Below, one piece after another: positions 1 through 13,106 of a stretch of 64,000 nucleotides of DNA. How positions within the stretch are numbered: the first letter of the stretch is position 1; each line of letters opens with the position of its first letter. The notes beneath the pieces are model-generated. The model was not told the origin of the DNA, did no database searches, and worked only from the letters and a program-made list of their open reading frames with translations. Both the position numbers and the translations under genes were made by a program. Source of the DNA: Octopus vulgaris (lineage: Eukaryota). The stretch spans positions 11,966,001 to 12,030,000 of the forward strand of contig OX597825.1 of assembly GCA_951406725.2 (NCBI GenBank), in the 5' to 3' direction.

Positions 1-135
1 TAGCTAAGTGAACAATGACCTAAAGTGTTCCCCACTTAGCTCTTACTGCTGCATTTTGGTGCAAAATAGACTGAGTATGAGCACAAAACGTTTGGAATAT
101 CTTCTAGGCTGAAGAAATTAATATACCTACTCTAC

Positions 136-328
136 AGGTGAAGGAGTGGCTGTGTGGTAAGTAGGTTGCTTACCAACCACATGGTTCCGGGTTCAGTCCC
201 ACTGCGTAGCATCTTGGGCAAGTGTCTTCTACTATAGCCTCGGGCTGACCAAAGCTTTGTGAGTCGATTTGGTGGATGGAAACTGAAAGAAGCCCATCGT
301 ATATATATATGTATATATATATATATAA

Positions 329-364
<36 letters not shown>

Positions 365-585
365 TTGTGTCTGTGTCTGTGTTTGATTCCCCATCATCGC
401 TTGACAACCGACGTTTGTGTGTTTACATCCCCGCCGTAACTTAGCGGTTCGGCAAAAGGTACCGATAGAATAAGTACTAGGCTTACAAAGAATAAGTCCT
501 GGGGTCGATTTGTTCGACTAAATGCGGCACCTCAGCATGGCCGCAGTCAAACGACTGAAACAAGTAAAAGAATAAAAGAAAGAAT
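136..585 (+). mobile_element. tRNA-derived SINE, family A (Octopus-type), full length, with internal (TA)n(TG)n microsatellite
   Basis: Pol III A-box-like TGGCTGTGTGG and B-box GGTTCAGTCC in the head; conserved 3' half ending GAAACAAGTAAAAGAATAAAAG; about 10 more copies in this window. Confidence 0.9.
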
Positions 586-601
586 ATATATATACATATA
601 C

Positions 602-645
<44 letters not shown>

Positions 646-647
<2 letters not shown>

Positions 648-866
648 TCTTTCTCTTTCTCTTTTACTTGTTTCAGTCATTTGACTGCGGCCATGCTGGA
701 GCACCGCCTTTTAGTCGAGCAAATCGACCCCGGGACTTATTCTTTGTAAGTCCAGTACTTATTCTATCGGTCTCTTTTGCCGAACCGCTAAGTGACGGGG
801 ACGTAAACACACCAGCATCGGTTGTCAAGCAATGCTAGGGGGACAAACACAGACACACAAACACAT

Positions 867-917
<51 letters not shown>

Positions 918-1082
918 TACGACAGGCTTCTTTCAGTTTCCGTCTACCAAATCCACTCACAAGGCATTGGTCGGCCCGGGGCTATAGCAGAAGACACTTG
1001 CCCAAGATGCCACACAGTGGGACTGAACCCGGAAGCATGTGGTTGGTTAGCAAGCTACTTCCCCTACAGCCACTCCTGCGCT
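646..1082 (-). mobile_element. SINE family A, full length, inverted relative to 136-585
   Basis: Reverse complement of the 136-585 layout: tail CTTTTACTTGTTTCAGTC at left, head end CAGCCACTCCTGCGC at right. Confidence 0.9.
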
Positions 1083-2240
1083 TATTTCTCTCTCTCTCTA
1101 CATATATATATATATACGCATATGAACCTCGAATATACTTTCGTGGAGAAAGGAATTATTTATTGGAAGAGTATAGACACCGAATAAATGGATAAACACA
1201 TTCCGACAATAAAGTCGGAGTGAATAAACCAGAGCATAAATATTTCTGTGAATCAAATACATTAATAAACACTCTTGCAGAATCTACTGTTTGTCTGTTA
1301 TCTTCCTGAATCTGAACAAGAGGACTGATAGTAAACGATGTTGTTGTCAGTTAATAGTATAGGTAGACTGTATAAATTGCTACATTTACTTAGATTTTCC
1401 TCGTTTTCTATATTGTTCAGAATATATTTATTAGTTTGGAATTGCTGTCAAAGAAAATATGCCACTAAGCATTGATGAATAACATTCATTCTTTTCCACA
1501 ACATTTATCAAATGCATAGCAACGTTTCGCTATTTTATTCTCCGAAAGATAATTTAATATTATATTATCTGTCATATACATATGTACTGATGTAATCGAT
1601 ACAGCGTTTATTGAAGAATGTTTTGTTTGTACATTAATTGGAAGATATATATTACAAAGAATAGAAGACTGCTCGGCCTTCTTGAATAAATCATTTACAT
1701 AGAATTATAGCAGGCACTTTATATTAAACTGGTTAATTGAACTAATCATACCGGTTATATTATATTTTGTAGTTCAACATGAAAATATATTCAAAGAACA
1801 TATACAACCATTAATTTATAAAAGCGCACATAGCAAGCCTAAACTATTGTTGATGTATCGAGCGTGTCTTTTAAAGTAAGATTTATAAGACACGTTCGTT
1901 TTGAGGTATGGTACTGTTGACGACAATCAAGAGTTCTGCAGCGTACAGCAGTGGCCACTTTTACTTTTCAATAACATTTATCATTGTGACAACAAAATGT
2001 TCTCTTGAAATCCTGGCTATCCATAGAAACGGTTAACCATGAGAGATAGCACAGAAGAGAAAGAAAAATCACTAAAATATAATGACAAGTACATTGGAAT
2101 CTGAATAGTTATGCTTTAAAATAATGTCTTCAGAATCTACCATTATCACCCATGTGAACTGGGGAACGTCAATGTGGTCACATGGCTAAGTATGTCAGCG
2201 ACAGCTCCCTCAAAACTCTCTCCAACAATATGTTAGAAAG

Positions 2241-2454
2241 GGCGGCGAGCTGGCAGAAACGTTAGCACGCTGGACGAAATCCTTAGCGGTATTTCGTCTC
2301 CCGTTACGTTCTGAGTTCAAATTCCGCCGATGTCGATTTTGCCTTTCATCCTTTCGGGGTCGATAAATTAAGTACCAGTTGCGTACTGGAGTCGATCTAA
2401 TCGACTAGAACCCTCGCCTCCAAAATTTCGGGCCTCGAGCCTAGAGTAGAGAAG
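2241..2454 (+). mobile_element. tRNA-derived SINE, family B (tail type 1), with 16-bp TSD
   Basis: Head GGCGGCGAGCTGGCAGAA, B-box GAGTTCAAATTCC; direct repeat AATATGTTAGAAAGGG at 2227-2242 and 2455-2470. Confidence 0.9.
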
Positions 2455-2739
2455 AATATGTTAGAAAGGGAACACATTACATAACGAGACCCTGGGTAAC
2501 GTGAATATATGAGAAATCAGAATGACAGAGGTATTTGCTAATAAGTTTGCTCGTTTAGTGCTAATTCGTGTCCAAACAACGAAATGTATTTTAGCAATAC
2601 TATCAAAAACAGCCATCATTAAATGATTTCATAATTATGCTTATCTGTGCGAATTTATGGGTATTTTTTTTATGAAACCGAGATAATTACAATTACTTAT
2701 GAAATGTGTTTTTGAGAGTCAAATGATTCAGCTTTCATT

Positions 2740-3080
2740 GGATGGAAGCACTCCGTCGGTTACGACGACGAGGGTTCCGGTTGATCCGAATCAACGGAGC
2801 AGCCTGCTCGTGAAATTAACGTGTAAGTGGTATTCAGCGTGACACAGAGAGGGACAAGGCCGGCCCTTTGAAATACAAGGTACAACAGAAACAGGAAGTA
2901 AGAGTGAGAGAAATTTGTGGTGAAAGAGTACAGCAGGGATCACCACCATCCCCTGCCGGGGCCTCGTGGAGCTTTAGGTGTTTTCGCTCAATAAACACTC
3001 ACAACGCCCGGTCTGGGAATCGAAACCGCGATCCTATGACCGCGAGTCCGCTGCCCTAACCACTGGGCCATTGCGCCTCC
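2740..3080 (-). mobile_element. tRNA-derived SINE, family C, with 12-bp TSD
   Basis: Minus-strand head GGAGGCGCAATGGCCCAGTGGTTAGGG...GGTTTCGATTCCC (A/B boxes); TSD TCAGC(T/C)TTCATT at 2728-2739 and 3081-3092. Confidence 0.85.
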
Positions 3081-4280
3081 TCAGCCTTCATTAATACTAC
3101 TGGGTATAGTAGCCAATTGCTTACACCACATCATACCATCGATGGTCACAGTGTAAACCACTTTCTCGAACACGTTTATTACGGTTGAACTGAGTTCGTT
3201 CATATTTAAGACCTTTCTATGCTACCTTTGTAAATTTCAATGCAAATTCATTAAATTATTTTACATTCATACCTCAGATTATTCAGATAAAAATAGATAT
3301 TTCTATGACTTAACACACTATAAAAGAGACCAATTCTGTTTTTTAGAATAGTTTCTTTTTTGCATCCCCCTATTTAATGAAAGGCTAAACTATCCAACCT
3401 TCAATTTAAAATGTCGCTAATAGGCATCTAACCTGCAACAATTGAGACAAGAACTTAAATTAAATGAATTGCTTCTTTCCTGTTTGTCTACCGTATAAGC
3501 CTAATATATTCTCTTTCCAATCTCATTACATGTGTGTATGGGTTTCTGTGTATATGTAGCGTGCGTGAGTATCCGTGCGCGTGTATGTGTAAAAATTAGA
3601 TTTGTTAAAGTTCTTTAGGAAAGGCTCACTTAAAGTGACGATGCTCCAATGCTTACATATAATTGCTTATAGAGAGCTAAACCATTTTAATATATATCGT
3701 TTCTTTGATGCATTTAGTAAATTGTATGCTCCCATCCGTGACTCTTAATTTTGCTAAGAACAAAGCAATTTTCCTATTCAGTCAAACAGAAGAAGAATTA
3801 TTTACTGCTATTTTAAATAAATGAAACTAAGTTGAGGAATATATCTGGGAATAAAACTAAATTAATATTTCAACTTAATTTTCAGAATCTCCTTCAGTGG
3901 CTTAAGTAGGATTCAGAAAAGTATCTACTTTGTGTCTTTTAGAGAGATTGTTTGGCATCTACTCAAACCTGATCAGGTAAACAAAAGAACAAACAATTTG
4001 GTGATGATGATAATAGTATCCAATCTTTCAAACATTGAAGGAATACTGATGATCGAAGATGCTGAATTACAATGGCGGTAAAGGAAACCAAGATGTGTAA
4101 TAGTTTATTATTCATAAGAAAAGGATGTACCACGCCGATTAAATACTTCCATTTTTGATAAACGATTGATATTCTTTACACCACTTTATTCATTATGATA
4201 TATGATTTTGAATATATTAAATGCAGCTCTCATTATAGCATATATTAATAGGCAACACTTAACAACAAATTGTCACTATA

Positions 4281-4654
4281 TCTCTCTATATATAAACGGC
4301 AGTTTGTCTGTGCGTGTTTCTGTGTGTCTGTTTGCTTGTACCCTCACCCTGACCACGGCTTTCAACCGATTCTGATGAAACTTGACACACACATAGCCCA
4401 ATGTCATAATTCAAAACTAACGCAGCCAAAATTTTGAAAAGTTCCCCCAGTTCTGAAAAAAATCGATAAATTCGACATGGGGTCGAGAATCAGAAACACG
4501 AACCACAAACTGTCTAGGGGACGCAACTCCATTCTTTTTTAACTCTCAAAAAAAAATTTACCATATTTTTTTCCATTTTTTGGCTATAACTCTCTAAAAA
4601 TGCTTTATAGTTATTTCCCTTACAAACCTGAGCAACGCCGGGCGATACTGCTAG
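4281..4654 (+). mobile_element. Non-autonomous Helitron-like element
   Basis: Starts TC after A4280, ends CTAG before T4655, no TSD; GC-rich subterminal hairpin region CCTGAGCAACGCCGGG; 5' TCTCTCTATATA(TA)AAC and (TG)-rich tract shared with 33012-33392. Confidence 0.75.
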
Positions 4655-4655
4655 T

Positions 4656-4910
4656 TCCGTATATTTCTTGGCGTTCACACTTTCTTTTCCCTCCATTCTT
4701 CTTCCTTTTGCTCATTTTTTGTTTAAATTATTCTTTAATTCCACAATTTCCAGTGTTTGTGTCCCCGGCCTTCTTCGTGCATTTCAACAGTGGTTCCACG
4801 ATATTTTTATACACCGACTAGGCCGTTTTCTTTTATCCCAAATCCTTGTATTCCACCAGGTCCTGCTGCTTTCCAATTGCTTATCTTTTTACGCATATTT
4901 CTGATAGTGT
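4656..4910 (-). pseudogene. Internally deleted fragment of an R4/Dong-like non-LTR retrotransposon ORF
   Basis: Minus-strand translation KISNWKAAGPGGIQGFGIK resembles the NWKAPGPDGIQGFWIK motif upstream of RT; joined to VEPLLKC...EEWREKK, resembling the post-RT region; frameshifted. Confidence 0.65.
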
Positions 4911-4911
4911 A

Positions 4912-5046
<135 letters not shown>

Positions 5047-5275
5047 TTTGTCTATTACGAAAGACTCTCAGTTAGTTCTTAATTACCAGTTTTCTTTATT
5101 TGCAAGCAGGTAATAACAAATCACCAAAGGTTTCAAGTAGAGCTTTCTCCTGTGATCCAAAGATCCAATACTCTACTTAGAATGCGAGTTGTACCCAAAA
5201 GTGCTCTCTTCTTGATCACCTCGAGCATGACAGCAGCTCTAACGTTCTTAATGTTTTCCATTCCTTGGAATCTGA
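5047..5275 (-). mobile_element. 3' end (ORF C-terminus plus 3'UTR) of an R4/Dong-like non-LTR retrotransposon
   Basis: KRALLGTTRILSRVL matches the QKxALLGTARILRKVL C-terminus typical of this clade; runs into (TAA)n, the known Dong target. Confidence 0.7.
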
Positions 5276-5356
5276 TTGAAACCTTTGGCGATTTGTTGTT
5301 GCCTGCTTTCAAGTAAAGAAAACTGATAATTAAGAAGCATCCGAGAGTTTTTCTTA

Positions 5357-5862
5357 GGAGAAGGAGGAAAATCCTGGAAGAGTCCAAGGAGGGGGAGTAA
5401 CTTCCTGCAAAGGTCCGAGGAGTAACTTCCCGGAAAATTACGAGGAGGGGGAAAGAACTTCCTGGAAATGCCCGAGGAGTAGGAGGGCGACCTCTTGCAA
5501 AAACCTAAACTAAGAGGGGAACTTTCCCGGATAAATCCGGGGAAAGTAACGCCACAGTACGCTGAGAAACTAAAGAATGAGAGAGGATGCGGACTTCCTC
5601 GAAAACTTCGAGGGGAGGAAGAATGGTAAAATCCTGGAAACGTCCGAATAGGGGGACTTCCTGGAAACTTCGAGGCGGAAGTTCCTGGAAAAGTCCGAGG
5701 GGAAGGGAAAGATCCTAGAGAAGTCCGAGGAGATGAGCATCCCTAGGAGAGGGAGAGAACTTCATGGAAAAGTTCGAGGAGGGGGATACTTCCTGGGAAA
5801 GTCCAGGAAGAGCGGGAAATTCGTGGAAAAGTGCTGGAACATCCTGAAAAACTCCGAGGAGG
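5357..5862. repeat. Degenerate purine-rich minisatellite, core ~ACTTCCTGGAAAAGTCCGAGG with variable G/A linkers
   Basis: Roughly 15 imperfect copies of a partly dyad-symmetric core, visible directly. Confidence 0.85.
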
Positions 5863-6182
5863 TGGTAGATGAGAGCGATAAAAACAAAATTCAGAAATAT
5901 TGTATCAATTTAGTGCTCCTGATACATTCATGTTATCGGAATAGATTTCCAGACAATACATTCATTCATAAAGACATCTGTTTGTAGCATGCAGACATTT
6001 ATGCAATAAATAAGAATGATGGAGGGTAATATTAGTCACCCACGTACAATGAACACAATACAACATTGATAAGTAGGAGATTCTCATTAGTGTGCATTCT
6101 AAGGCAGTGTTCAACTTAACGACGTAAAATACAAATCTACTCAGACAAGAAAGAAATTTCGAAGCGCAGCTACATACTTCTA

Positions 6183-6822
<640 letters not shown>

Positions 6823-7609
6823 GTTATATGAGAACGTTGTGTGAATGAAAGCCCACTTCCCATGGCGTTTCTAATTAAGAAGTGTCTAGGACGTGCCTTT
6901 CTTGTTTTTTGATTCCAATTCATAGATATTTCAGAAATTCGTTTACGAAATGCAATTAGTGTGAGTGAGATAGATCTTACAGATAAACCATCTTTGAATC
7001 AATTTTGTTCTTTGAATCAATTTTCTTTCAAGAACTTGGCAAGTGTTTGGTGTTAGCCTGAGTTGATGACAAAACTATGCCAGACTGCATTGTACATATC
7101 AAATATTCATGTAGGAATACTACCTACAACGTATATTTCAGTCTTTATTCGCTAGGGCATTGCTAGGTATAGTATAGCCTTCAGCTTGCAATATGCGTAC
7201 AACAGCACAATCAATTTTATATATGCATGTATGTATATATATGTGTATGTATGTATGTATGTATGCATGTACGTATGTATGCATGTATGTGTTCAAGCAT
7301 GCATGTGTGTATAGGTACATTTACAGGTGGCTAATCATTCATGCATACATACATGTGAATGATTACCTACCTGTAAATGTATCTATACATACATATGTTT
7401 TATACATATGTATATGGATATATATACGCATATACATATGTATAATTTATATACATATATATATATATACATATATACATATACACACATATATATACAC
7501 ACATATACATACTCATATATATATATATATACACATACATACATGCATACATACATTTGTATATACATTTAGAAGATAGTATGAGAGAAAGAGAAAAATA
7601 GGGAGAGAC

Positions 7610-7649
<40 letters not shown>

Positions 7650-7845
7650 TGTGTGTGTGTGTGTGTGTGTGTGTGAGACAAATACATACGTTAATGGAAA
7701 TATATTTGCTGTTTTAAAAAATAACATCGAAGAACATTAACAGAAAAATGACAGGGAAGCAGGGCAAAGTCTAAATGAATTAAATAAAAATGCAGAGTAT
7801 ATCTGGCTGCAATGTTTTATCGATAAGGGTTTTCCATATAAATTC

Positions 7846-8132
7846 AAGCATCGGTTGTCAAGCGATGTCGTGGCGGACAAAAAAGAACACAGAAGCATAC
7901 ACACACACACACACACACACACTCTCTCTCTCTCTCTCATACACACGTATATATATATATACATATATATGATAGGTTTCATTCAGTTTCCGTCTACCAA
8001 ATCCACTCACAAGGCTTTGATCGGTCCGAGGCTATAGTAGAAGACACTTTCCCAAGGTGCCACGCAGTGCGACTGAACCCGAAACCATGTCGTTGGTAAG
8101 CAAGCTACTTAGCACACAGCCACTCCTCTGCC
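7846..8132 (-). mobile_element. SINE family A, 3'-truncated
   Basis: GCATCGGTTGTCAAGCG...CAGCCACTCCT matches the other copies. Confidence 0.85.
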
Positions 8133-8929
8133 TAATTATTTAAATTTTCGCACAAGGCCGGTAATATAGGGCTAGTGGGGTACTCGATTCAACTGCTATT
8201 TATTTTTATCGACCCCGAATATGATGAAATCCAAAGTCAACATCCACTGAATTTGAACTTAAAACACCGCCTTAACCAAATTTGCAATAGTAGTTTCGAA
8301 TTTTAGCAAAAGGCCAGTAATGTGTAATTCCAAAGAATATCATATTTAGATTCAAGTTCTCAATTTCACTACGTATATCATAATAGTGAAATAGATATAT
8401 TTTATTTAATGTTTTTATCTCTGCAAATTGCCAGAAAGATGACGTTCAGTTTTTGAGCAAGTTGCCATGCATAGTTACGTTTGGAGTAATCTCGATTTCA
8501 CTACGTATCTCATAAAGGATTTAATTTCGATATTAAAAAAATACATGAGTATTTGTGCTTTATGAATATCAAAAAGAATGAAATAGTTGTAATGACTAAA
8601 ATAGTGAAACAGAGATTCTCTATTAAGTATATTAATCTCTGCAAATTGCCTGAGGGAAGACTTTCTGCTTATGAGCAAGTTGTCACGCTTGGTTACGTCT
8701 GGAGTAATCTTCAGAGTGAAACAATGAAGATAAACGGTTGTAATCTATCTTGGACCAGCAATCATTATATTGACTGTCTGTCTGAGGCGTATCTTTCTGA
8801 TAACAACATTTGATCTCTGGCCAAAAAAGAGAAAAAAAGAGAAAAAAACGAATAAATAAAGAAAAACTGCAATAGAAATGCAAATGAAACGTTTGGGTAC
8901 GACAACCAGTTCAGATACCGTCATACTGG

Positions 8930-9356
8930 GTTCAAATTTTGGCACAGGGCCAGTAATTTCGATGAAGGAGATAATTCAACTACAAAGACCCTGATGTTCG
9001 AATAGTATTGATTTTACCGACAACGAAAAGATAAAAGGCAAATTTGAACGCAGAACCTAAGGGCGGACGAAATGCCGCTAAGCATTTCGTCCGCCATCCT
9101 AACAATTCTGCTGGCTTGCAGCCCCCTCTGGTACTGTAACATTGGTTTTAAACGTTGGCAGAAGGCCAGTAGTTTTGGGGGCGGGTTGTAACTCGATTGC
9201 AACGACCTCGGTATTCAACTGGTACTTACTTTATCGACTCCGAAAGGGATACAAGGTAAATCGGCATCGTAATATGATCTCAGAACGTAAAGACGGATGA
9301 AATGCCACTTAGCATTTTGCCTGGGATCCTAACGATTCTACCAGTTCGCAGCCTCA
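8930..9356 (-). mobile_element. Two diverged tandem SINE family B copies
   Basis: Two repeats of ...GGACGAAATGCC(G/A)CT(A/T)AGCATTT...CTAAC(A/G)ATTCT, the reverse of the B head. Confidence 0.7.
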
Positions 9357-9523
9357 GATACAGTAATAATGATATCAGTTTTGGGATTCCCTCACAAACA
9401 AATCCCCAGTAAGTGCTTCTCGATGTATCCAAGTAACAAGTATTGGTTCAAACATTGTACTATAATATTCGTTGGAAAGAGAAAGCAGAAGATTAAAATT
9501 AAGTATGGGGCATGCTCTACTAT

Positions 9524-9783
9524 GTGGAGGCCCGTGGCTTAGTGGTTAGAGTGTCAGCATCATGATCGTAAGATTGTGGTTTCGATTCCTGGACCGGGCG
9601 ACGCTTTGCGTTCTTCAGCAAAACACTTCATTTCACGTTGCTCCAGTCCACTCAGCTGGTGAAAATGAGTAATGCTGTGATGGATTGGCGTCCCGTCCAG
9701 TTGGGGAACCCATACGCCATTGAAACCGGGAAACCGGGCCCGTGAACCTGGCTAGGCTTTAAAAGGGCGCATTTGTTTTTTTT
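9524..9783 (+). mobile_element. tRNA-derived SINE with family-C-like head, different body, and perfect 12-bp TSD
   Basis: GTGGCTTAGTGGTTAGAG...GGTTTCGATTCC; central GATGGATTGGCGTCCCGTCCAG resembles the V-SINE-type domain; TSD ATGCTCTACTAT at 9512-9523 and 9784-9795. Confidence 0.85.
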
Positions 9784-10237
9784 ATGCTCTACTATAACAC
9801 AAAAGGGTGTTTGAGAAAGAAATTCCGTTTGAGCTTCTGTAAAGCCGAAGCACAACAGATGAGACAATTTTCTGGGATTGAGAGAGACATTTGCACGAAT
9901 ATAATGGTAGGTTTCACAACAAAGATAGTTGTTCCATATGAAAGATGAAAAGGAGAAAGAATACATGTGCGGGGAAACCTAAAGAACTTTAAATATGTAC
10001 TTGAGTGTATCATTGAATGTAACTAGTTGTCTCATCCTCAATTTTGTGAAGTAAGGTGTTACAGCATATGTTTCATTAGTGTATTGCGACATTCCCGAAA
10101 TTTAACCCGTGGTAAATACATACACGCGTATCAAGTCACGTAATATTAGTCACACAGTCAAACGTATACATAAATGTGCAGATACTTAAGTCGATAATAC
10201 AGACATAGGTACATACATAGGCAGATACATCTGTCTG

Positions 10238-10309
<72 letters not shown>

Positions 10310-11099
10310 CCTGTATGTTTATCTATCTATCAACATAGAGAGAGAGGAGGAGATAGGACGGAGAGGTACATATCTAGATAGAAATAGCATACATCTATGC
10401 TTGCATATGTGCATGACTACAAATTTATGTCCAAATTAGAGTAAAACGATATTAGTTTTCTCTCTTTCTCTCTCTCTATCTCTGGAGTGAATGATTTAAG
10501 AACATAAGCAGAAGTGATACGTATATTTACATATATACAAATAGATTTATAAAAGTTTAATCAATGAAAAGACAACCAGTTGCATTTAATCTCTTCGGAA
10601 ACAAGTCTGTCATTATTTTACGCGTTTCTTATTAATTCTTACGGAAAGGTTCCCTACCCCTTCATAACTAATATGGTCTTTCCCTATAGAAGTGATTTTT
10701 AGAAATTTAACAGAGACCACGAAAAATTAATATAGAATATCTTTCATCCATTGTCCCTTCATTTTTTTCCGTTTTCAGACAAAGTGTACCTTGACAACAT
10801 TGTACAATATTTCATTCTATATTTTAAGATTTGAGGTAGATTCAGCTGCTATGTCTAGGAGATTGAGTAACCACTTAGGCACTCAGATGCTCCTTGTTGC
10901 ATTCAACTTTGAGGAATAATGAAACGATTTTTTTCCCCTTAAATCGATTTTCCACCGCAATAAATATGATTTCCGTAAAGAATTGCTTCTGATCGAATGC
11001 ATAAATCACAAAAACATAACCACACCAACTCATGCACACTCGTGTACATTGATGCTATGAGAAACGTTTGTATATTTATACACACACATATAAAAACCT

Positions 11100-11389
11100 A
11101 CATACATACAGAAGTACATACATACATACATACATACATACATACATACATACATACATACATACATACATACATACATACATACGTACATACATAGATA
11201 CATAGATACATACACACATATATATATATACGTGTATATATATGAATGTAGATAAATATATTCATACACGCACATACACATACACATATCTATATATACT
11301 TACATGCAAATGAATACACACACACTCATATATATTTACAATTTTATACACATGTACATGTGCATATCTATATCTATCTTTCTATCTAA

Positions 11390-11445
<56 letters not shown>

Positions 11446-11493
11446 CATCTAATATATATCTATATATATACATCTAATATATATATATATACA

Positions 11494-11553
<60 letters not shown>

Positions 11554-11670
11554 AATATATATATATATGTAAATATATATACAGGAGGAGAGAGAGAAAG
11601 TGAGAGAGTGAAGTAGAGAAATAGACAGAGATGAAGAGAGAGAGAGAGTGAAAGAGAGAAAAAGAAACCG
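11100..11670. repeat. (CATA)n/(TA)n/(GA)n compound microsatellite
   Basis: Seen directly. Confidence 0.97.
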
Positions 11671-12232
11671 AGAGATACTTGGCTAGAAGGAAATACGTTG
11701 TGTTAGATTAATTCACATGAGTGCATCACTTCAATTTTCTTTTTCCCATCCTTTTCTCCTGTACATATTCACTATACATAAGTTATCTTATCAGAAAGCC
11801 CAATAGTGAATAGAAAGAAAATTATCTACACCGCTTTATATTTTCCTTGTTTTTTCTATGTGTTTCTCGAGAAGAACGAGTTTTAAAGTTATGATCTGGA
11901 AGTAAACAGCATTTCTTTCATAATTCTCAGAAACAAGGAAAACAAATAAAAATATAGATTTACAAGCATATCACACGTGAGATATTCTCTAACGCCATGT
12001 CGTAAATCTGATATAATCGCTGCTGTAGAATCAGCCGAATCCATCATTATATGTTCTATGTGTCTAGGCAAAGAATTATGGCAGTAGAATCACCAAGGAA
12101 AGTTCAATATTTTGGGAGTTTCATTAAGGAGAGTTACATCAGATTTGATGAGCAATTTATCAAGCGAATGTTTATAAATGCTTTATCAACGTATTAAATA
12201 TTTAAGTCTATCTATCTATCAATCAGTGTATC

Positions 12233-12318
<86 letters not shown>

Positions 12319-12387
12319 ATATCTATCTATCTATCAATCAGTGTATGTATGTATGTATCTATCTATCTATCTATCTATTTATCTATC

Positions 12388-12929
12388 GAGCGAAAGAATG
12401 TATCTGATGAACGCGTCTGAAAGGATTAGAGACAAGCACTTTCCTCTCTGGTCAATCTCTCATCAACTTCTTCAAGTATCACTTGAAAAGGAAAGTGAGA
12501 GTAGAGAGGCAAGTTCTGTCTAGCGAATGTTTTAAAAAAAGATGGGTGACTATAGCAAGAATGGCACGTATGAATGACGAAGCCACCTTGAGCATAATCC
12601 TATGAATCCGGAAAAATTTAAAACAGAGAATTATATACTTGCAAATATATTTGTTAACATGTGACACTACTGGCCGAGGTTACTGTGTCTTTTCCGTAGA
12701 CTTTTCTTTCCACGGATAAACCGTATCCGACACCCCCTTTAGACTTTGCATCATGACATTTCTGTGATACACGATGCCTATTGATTGTTTTTTTTACGAT
12801 CCCTTTTGATCGGAAACCTATACCCTTTTTAATTTTTATTTTAATTTTATTTTTTCTCCCCAAAAAGAAAAGCTCTACTTTGTAATTTGTCCCCTATTTG
12901 TTCAGCCCTGTGTGGCTAATAAAGAAACA
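12388..12929 (+). mobile_element. 5'-truncated Tx1/L1-like LINE (ORF2 C-terminus plus 3'UTR) inserted in an (ATCT)n array
   Basis: 12390-12605 translates AKECI**TRLKGLETSTFLSGQSLINFFKYHLKRKVRVERQVLSSECFKKRWVTIARMARMNDEATLSIIL*, with two TGA at probable Trp codons; ends AATAAAGAAACA; TSD TATTTATCTAT at 12376-12386 and 12930-12940. Confidence 0.7.
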
Positions 12930-13064
12930 TATTTATCTATATATCTATATATCTATCCTTCTACCTATCTATCTATCTATCTATTTTTTCTGTGTCTGTA
13001 TGTAACTCTGATTAAAAAGATGTATATATAAATGTACAAATACACACACACACACACACACACA

Positions 13065-13106
<42 letters not shown>

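Noticed and set aside
3005-3080. tRNA genes here and at 9524-9600, 42714-42747 and other SINE heads
   Set aside because: A/B boxes are present but no clean cloverleaf; they continue into SINE bodies with TSDs or are fragments.
3886-3976. Possible internal exon (TTTTCAG acceptor, CAG|GTAAAC donor, one open frame ISFSGLSRIQK...)
   Set aside because: No recognisable protein similarity or partner exons; such signals arise by chance in AT-rich DNA.
5357-5862. CRISPR-like array (dyad core with variable linkers)
   Set aside because: Repeats are degenerate, linkers are short low-complexity purine runs, there are no cas genes, and the context is eukaryotic.
12404-12430. CTGATGA...GAAA hammerhead-like core
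   Set aside because: No proper stems; it arises from two mutated Trp codons within the LINE ORF2 remnant.
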